From positions 1,586 through 65,585 of the forward strand of contig JAWOJJ010000011.1 of the NCBI GenBank assembly GCA_046481675.1: DNA of 64,000 bases, written 5' to 3'. The notes below the pieces were generated by a model. The model was not told the DNA's origin and searched no databases. It saw nothing but the letters and a program-made list of their open reading frames with translations. The position numbers were made by a program, and so were the translations under genes. Below, piece after piece: positions 60,090-64,000 of this stretch (positions are counted from its first letter, which is position 1; every line of letters starts with the position of its first letter). This DNA comes from Bacteroidales bacterium (GTDB lineage Bacteria; Bacteroidota; Bacteroidia; Bacteroidales; UBA10428).

Positions 60090-61514
60090 CTAGCCGGCGA
60101 TTTCCCGGCTTTTTTCGAGAATAAGATTCCAGGCATCCCTGACATGCCTTAATTCAACATGGGTTTGGGCTGTTACCATTCGCAGCGTGAAGTTTCCATC
60201 AAGCTTGGTGTGGGATATGTAAATGCTGCCTGTACCATTAACCGCAAGCATCAGCTTTTCATTGATCATGTTCAGCTCCAGGGTGTCATCTATACCATGC
60301 GGGTGATACCTGAAGCAAACCAGATTCAGGTTTACCGGTGCAAGTATTTCAAAATCATTTCGTTCTTCAATCCACGATTTTAATTTTGCAGCCAGGTCCA
60401 TCTGAAACCGCAGTTTTTCCTGAAGTCCTTTCACACCAAACGAACGGATAACAAACCAGAGCTTCAGTGCCCTGAATCTTCTACCCAACTGAATGCCCCA
60501 GTTGGAATAATCATTTACATGCTCAGGGATCTGTGTTTTAAGGTACTCGGGTACAAGCTTGAAAGTATTGATCAGGGTTTCACTGTCTTTAACAAAATAG
60601 GCCGAACAATCAAAATTGGTAAACAGCCATTTATGCGGATTAAATACAAAGCTGTCGGCCTGCTCAACGCCTTTTATCATCCAGCGGTATTCGGGCAAAA
60701 TCAGCGCCGACCCGGCATATGCTGCATCAACATGAAGCCAGATATCGTATTTTTTGCATATTGCTGCAATTTCGGACAACGGATCTACAGCTGTTGATCC
60801 GGTAGTTCCCAAAGCTGCGACCACGCAAACAGGCTTCAAACCGTTTTGAATATCGGCAATTATGGCTTTCTCAAGTTGCTCAGACTTCATACTGAAGTTT
60901 TCATCCAGCCCGATTTTTACCAGGTTGTTCTTACCGAGACCGGCAATTTTAACTGCTTTTTCAACTGATGAATGTGCCTCCAATGAGCAATAAACACGCA
61001 TTACGGGTTGTTCCATCATGCCTTCATGGTTAACCTGAAAAGCGGTTGATCGTTCCCTGGCTGTGAGAATGGCACACAGGGTAGAAGTGGATGCCGAATC
61101 CTGAATAACTCCTTCGAAATGACCGGGCAAACCGGTCATGTTTTTTAACCAGTTCATTACGGCCTCTTCCAATTCTGATGCGGCCGGAGAAGTTTCCCAC
61201 TTCATGCACTGTGCCCCTAAAGCCGAGGAAAGAAATTCAGCCAGAATGGAAGGGAAACTATTGTTGGACGGAAAATAAGCAAAGAAACCCGGGTTTTGCC
61301 AATGGGTCATCCCGGGCATGATGACCTTTTCAAAATCGCCGAAAATCTGCTCCATGCTTTCCGGATGATCCGGAGGCGCAGCCGGAATCTGCGAAAAAAC
61401 AGATCCGGGTTTACATGAAGCCTTTACAGGATATTTTTCAATCTCGTTAAAATAATCAGCAATCCAATCAACAAACCGGTGTGCCTCCTTGCGGAATTGT
61501 TCTGAATCCATCAT
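60090..61514 (-). CDS. PLP-dependent group II decarboxylase (aromatic-L-amino-acid / tyrosine decarboxylase-like)
   Basis: MDSEQFRKEAHRFVDWIADYFNEIEKYPV, THWQNPGFFAYFP, HVDAAYAG, and the PLP-Lys motif FNPHKWL. Confidence 0.85.
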   Translation of the reverse strand: MMDSEQFRKEAHRFVDWIADYFNEIEKYPVKASCKPGSVFSQIPAAPPDHPESMEQIFGDFEKVIMPGMTHWQNPGFFAYFPSNNSFPSILAEFLSSALGAQCMKWETSPAASELEEAVMNWLKNMTGLPGHFEGVIQDSASTSTLCAILTARERSTAFQVNHEGMMEQPVMRVYCSLEAHSSVEKAVKIAGLGKNNLVKIGLDENFSMKSEQLEKAIIADIQNGLKPVCVVAALGTTGSTAVDPLSEIAAICKKYDIWLHVDAAYAGSALILPEYRWMIKGVEQADSFVFNPHKWLFTNFDCSAYFVKDSETLINTFKLVPEYLKTQIPEHVNDYSNWGIQLGRRFRALKLWFVIRSFGVKGLQEKLRFQMDLAAKLKSWIEERNDFEILAPVNLNLVCFRYHPHGIDDTLELNMINEKLMLAVNGTGSIYISHTKLDGNFTLRMVTAQTHVELRHVRDAWNLILEKSREIAG

Positions 61515-61634
61515 CTCTTATTATTCTGTGATTGGGCTAAAAATAGTGAAAATAATGGCCGGTGTGACAATTATTTTGAATTGTGGAATTGATTTAATAC
61601 TTTTAGAACCGATTGTTGTCAATTATAAAGCCCT

Positions 61635-62090
61635 ATGCAAATTGAATTGTATGATGCGGATTTACTGAACTTTGTGGAATTCAACACAACCGGCGACAAT
61701 GACAATTATAATCGGTGTGATGAAGAATCAAAATACCTGGACAGTTCGGTTTTCTACATCTTTCAACCCTGTTTTGAAGAAGCCAATAAAACTTACGACT
61801 ATTTCGGAGGAACCAAGTATAATTCCCGGCTGATTATTGTTTTGCGCAATGAACTGATCAACAACCTGAATAGGTTTGAATCGCTCAAAAGCGGTGAAGA
61901 ATTTGCCGAACTGATCGGCAGCAGGTTTATGGGTAAGCAATTTCTGGCCAACCTTGAGGAAGAAGATTCACAATGGATTACCTATTGGAAGGAATACAAC
62001 CGGAAGATAATCGGTGTGAACAAAGATTTGATAGATCTGGCCGAAAGATGTGCGTTTGAGGAAAAAGTGCTTTGGGTTATCGGCTATTAA
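61635..62090 (+). CDS. Hypothetical protein
   Basis: 151-aa ORF with no recognisable motif. It ends 28 nt upstream of the LtaS-family gene on the same strand. Coding status is plausible but unproven. Confidence 0.35.
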   Translation: MQIELYDADLLNFVEFNTTGDNDNYNRCDEESKYLDSSVFYIFQPCFEEANKTYDYFGGTKYNSRLIIVLRNELINNLNRFESLKSGEEFAELIGSRFMGKQFLANLEEEDSQWITYWKEYNRKIIGVNKDLIDLAERCAFEEKVLWVIGY

Positions 62091-62118
62091 TTGTTTTACT
62101 CCCTCTTTTAGGCTCCCG

Positions 62119-64000
62119 ATGCAAAAAAAATCAAGAGTCGGCTCTGTATTAGTTTTTACTGGTTCAGTATTTCTGACATGTGTAATCGTGTTTTTCCTGT
62201 TACGGGTTGTTTTCCTGTTGTCGAAAAATGATCTTGCAACTGGCATCCCGGAGCATGTGATCCGTTATGCATTATTCAACCGGGGTGTGCTTTATGACAT
62301 CAATGTGAGTTCATTTGCTCTTTTTGTTCCTTTTGTATTCTTAATACTCGGTACCTTAATTTCAAAGGCATCAAAGGTATTCAACCTGCTTTCACGCTAT
62401 TACCTTTTTATATTGCTCACACTGATTCTTGCAATTTATGCCACTGATCTGCCCTTTTTTGATTACTACAATGCCCGGCTAACCAAAGCAGTATTCAGCT
62501 GGACGGATCATCCCCTGTTGATGATTAAAACATTGTTGTCATACAAATCCTACCTTGTATACCTGTTGCTGTTTGTTGTATCTGCATCATTGATGGTTTT
62601 CTGGATTCGTTTTCTTTACAGGAAGATTATCCGTGAAAACCAGGCCAAAAAAAGCCAAACCTATGAACCGGTTTGGCTGCTGGCAGGCTTGTTTCTCATT
62701 CTGACCGGCATGCGCGGTGAATTCAGGTTCCACTACAAACCCCTGCTCCCGGAACATGCCTTGTTTTCGCCTTATTCCTTTGCCAATCAGTTGGGCATGA
62801 ACCCGGTATACAGCTTTGCGGAAAGTTACAGTGTCAACAATATTGATTACTTTGATGAGAAGGAGGCGATTGAGAAATCATGCCACTATTTGGATATCAC
62901 CCCAACTTACAATTCACCTGTTGCCAGGAAAGTTGCATTTGATGATACCCTGGTCAAACGCAATGTGGTGATCATTTTGCTTGAAAGTATGAGTGCAAGC
63001 ATTATGGGAATTAACGGCAATACAGATAATCTGTGTCCTTTTCTTGACAGTTTGGCCCTGGAAAACATATATTTCGAAAATATATACACCGACGGGATAC
63101 ATACCTATAATGGTGTATTTTCATCCTTGTTTGGCTTGCCTTCCATTCTTGAATTCAAACCTACAAAAACACCACATACCGTCAGTCTTGAATATTCAGG
63201 AATTTCGAACGTTTTACGTCCTTTTGGATACAAAATGCTCTATTACTGTAATGGCGACAAAAACTTTGATAACCTCGATTTCTTTTTAAGGCACAACGGT
63301 TTTGACGAGATTGTTTCGCAAGAGCAGTATGCAAATGATGAAATTTATGACTCATGGGGAGTTACTGATCTTACCATGTTTAAGAAATCTCTTGCCCGGA
63401 TGAATGAACTGCATCACGGGAAACAACCCTTTGTTTCTGTGATCATGACTATTTCGGCTCATGAGGGATACATTCCTCCTCCCGGCGTGTACAAATCAAA
63501 TGACAGTCAGAAACAGGCTTATGAATTTGCGGATCATGCCTTATGCAGTTTCTTCAAAGATGCCTCCGCGCAGGACTGGTATCAAAACACGGTCTTTCTT
63601 CTGGTTGCCGATCACGGGCAGAGTTTTGACAGAACTTATGATCTGTCATTATCCTATTTTCATTCTCCCATGGTAATTGTAGCGCCCTTTTTAAATGAGA
63701 AAATGCATTACAGGAAAATAGGGCTTCAGCTTGATGTAATGCCAACCATTATGGGAATTCTTAAAATACCTTATGTGAATAATACACTGGGTATAGATCT
63801 TCGCAAGGATTCAAGACCTTATGCCTTTTTTTCGAGTGATGACAAGATCGGATGTCTCAATGAGCAGTTTTTTCTGGTGATCCGCAAACACGGTGTGGAA
63901 TCACTTTACAAATATTCCAACAGGGATTTGGTGAATTACATTGAACAATATCCTGATGTGGCTGACAGCATGAGGGCATATGTTTATTCCATGTATCAGA
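62119..64000 (+). CDS. LTA synthase-family (sulfatase-fold) membrane phosphotransferase; the 3' end runs off the right window edge
   Basis: Absent from the ORF track because there is no stop in the window. My translation from the ATG at 62119 is MQKKSRVGSVLVFTGSVFLTCVIVFFLLRVVF... with about 5 TM segments. A sulfatase domain follows: RNVVIILLESMSASIMG, YTDGIHTYNGVFSSLFGLP, FLLVADHGQ. The frame stays open to base 64000. Confidence 0.75.
   Translation, partial: MQKKSRVGSVLVFTGSVFLTCVIVFFLLRVVFLLSKNDLATGIPEHVIRYALFNRGVLYDINVSSFALFVPFVFLILGTLISKASKVFNLLSRYYLFILLTLILAIYATDLPFFDYYNARLTKAVFSWTDHPLLMIKTLLSYKSYLVYLLLFVVSASLMVFWIRFLYRKIIRENQAKKSQTYEPVWLLAGLFLILTGMRGEFRFHYKPLLPEHALFSPYSFANQLGMNPVYSFAESYSVNNIDYFDEKEAIEKSCHYLDITPTYNSPVARKVAFDDTLVKRNVVIILLESMSASIMGINGNTDNLCPFLDSLALENIYFENIYTDGIHTYNGVFSSLFGLPSILEFKPTKTPHTVSLEYSGISNVLRPFGYKMLYYCNGDKNFDNLDFFLRHNGFDEIVSQEQYANDEIYDSWGVTDLTMFKKSLARMNELHHGKQPFVSVIMTISAHEGYIPPPGVYKSNDSQKQAYEFADHALCSFFKDASAQDWYQNTVFLLVADHGQSFDRTYDLSLSYFHSPMVIVAPFLNEKMHYRKIGLQLDVMPTIMGILKIPYVNNTLGIDLRKDSRPYAFFSSDDKIGCLNEQFFLVIRKHGVESLYKYSNRDLVNYIEQYPDVADSMRAYVYSMYQ

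Overview
The gene content points to a Bacteroidota chromosome: a PorP/SprF gene next to a type-B T9SS C-terminal domain cargo, an S46 dipeptidyl-peptidase, DUF349, AsmA, and A-rich leaders without Shine-Dalgarno sites. Most of the 64 kb is densely packed housekeeping DNA. I found no transposase, integrase, CRISPR array, rRNA or tRNA.

Contents from left to right:
- A methyltransferase/GT2 fusion (cut by the left edge) plus a GT-C membrane glycosyltransferase.
- A DUF2520 gene, kdsC, a UbiA prenyltransferase, maf, an S46 peptidase, an ABM monooxygenase and an Fe-alcohol dehydrogenase.
- A GH26 mannanase, an orphan receiver protein and a secreted beta-helix protein.
- selU-selD (the tRNA selenouridine trait).
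- hsp20 and wbqC.
- A larC-larE-larB nickel-pincer cofactor operon, divergent from a Tat-exported DUF362 protein and a NapH/NapG-like polyferredoxin.
- rplS, asmA and a GH2 hydrolase.
- A 4205-aa repeat adhesin with a type-B T9SS sorting domain, followed by its PorP/SprF partner.
- mnmA, aguA-aguB, a 1290-aa propeller-type hybrid sensor kinase, lysA, yidC, pyrG and DUF349.
- A decarboxylase / AmgK-like kinase fused to a RapZ C-domain / MurU-like operon.
- An LtaS-family gene cut by the right edge.

The leads most worth a second look:
1. The lar operon has no larA in the window and sits next to the DUF362/polyferredoxin pair.
2. The kinase-RapZ_C domain swap.
3. The architecture of the giant adhesin.
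4. Degenerate 7-9 bp tandem arrays that begin exactly at stop codons (selU, wbqC, larB, asmA) or abut a start codon (wbqC).

All calls rest on reading the translations and the DNA by eye. No database search was run.
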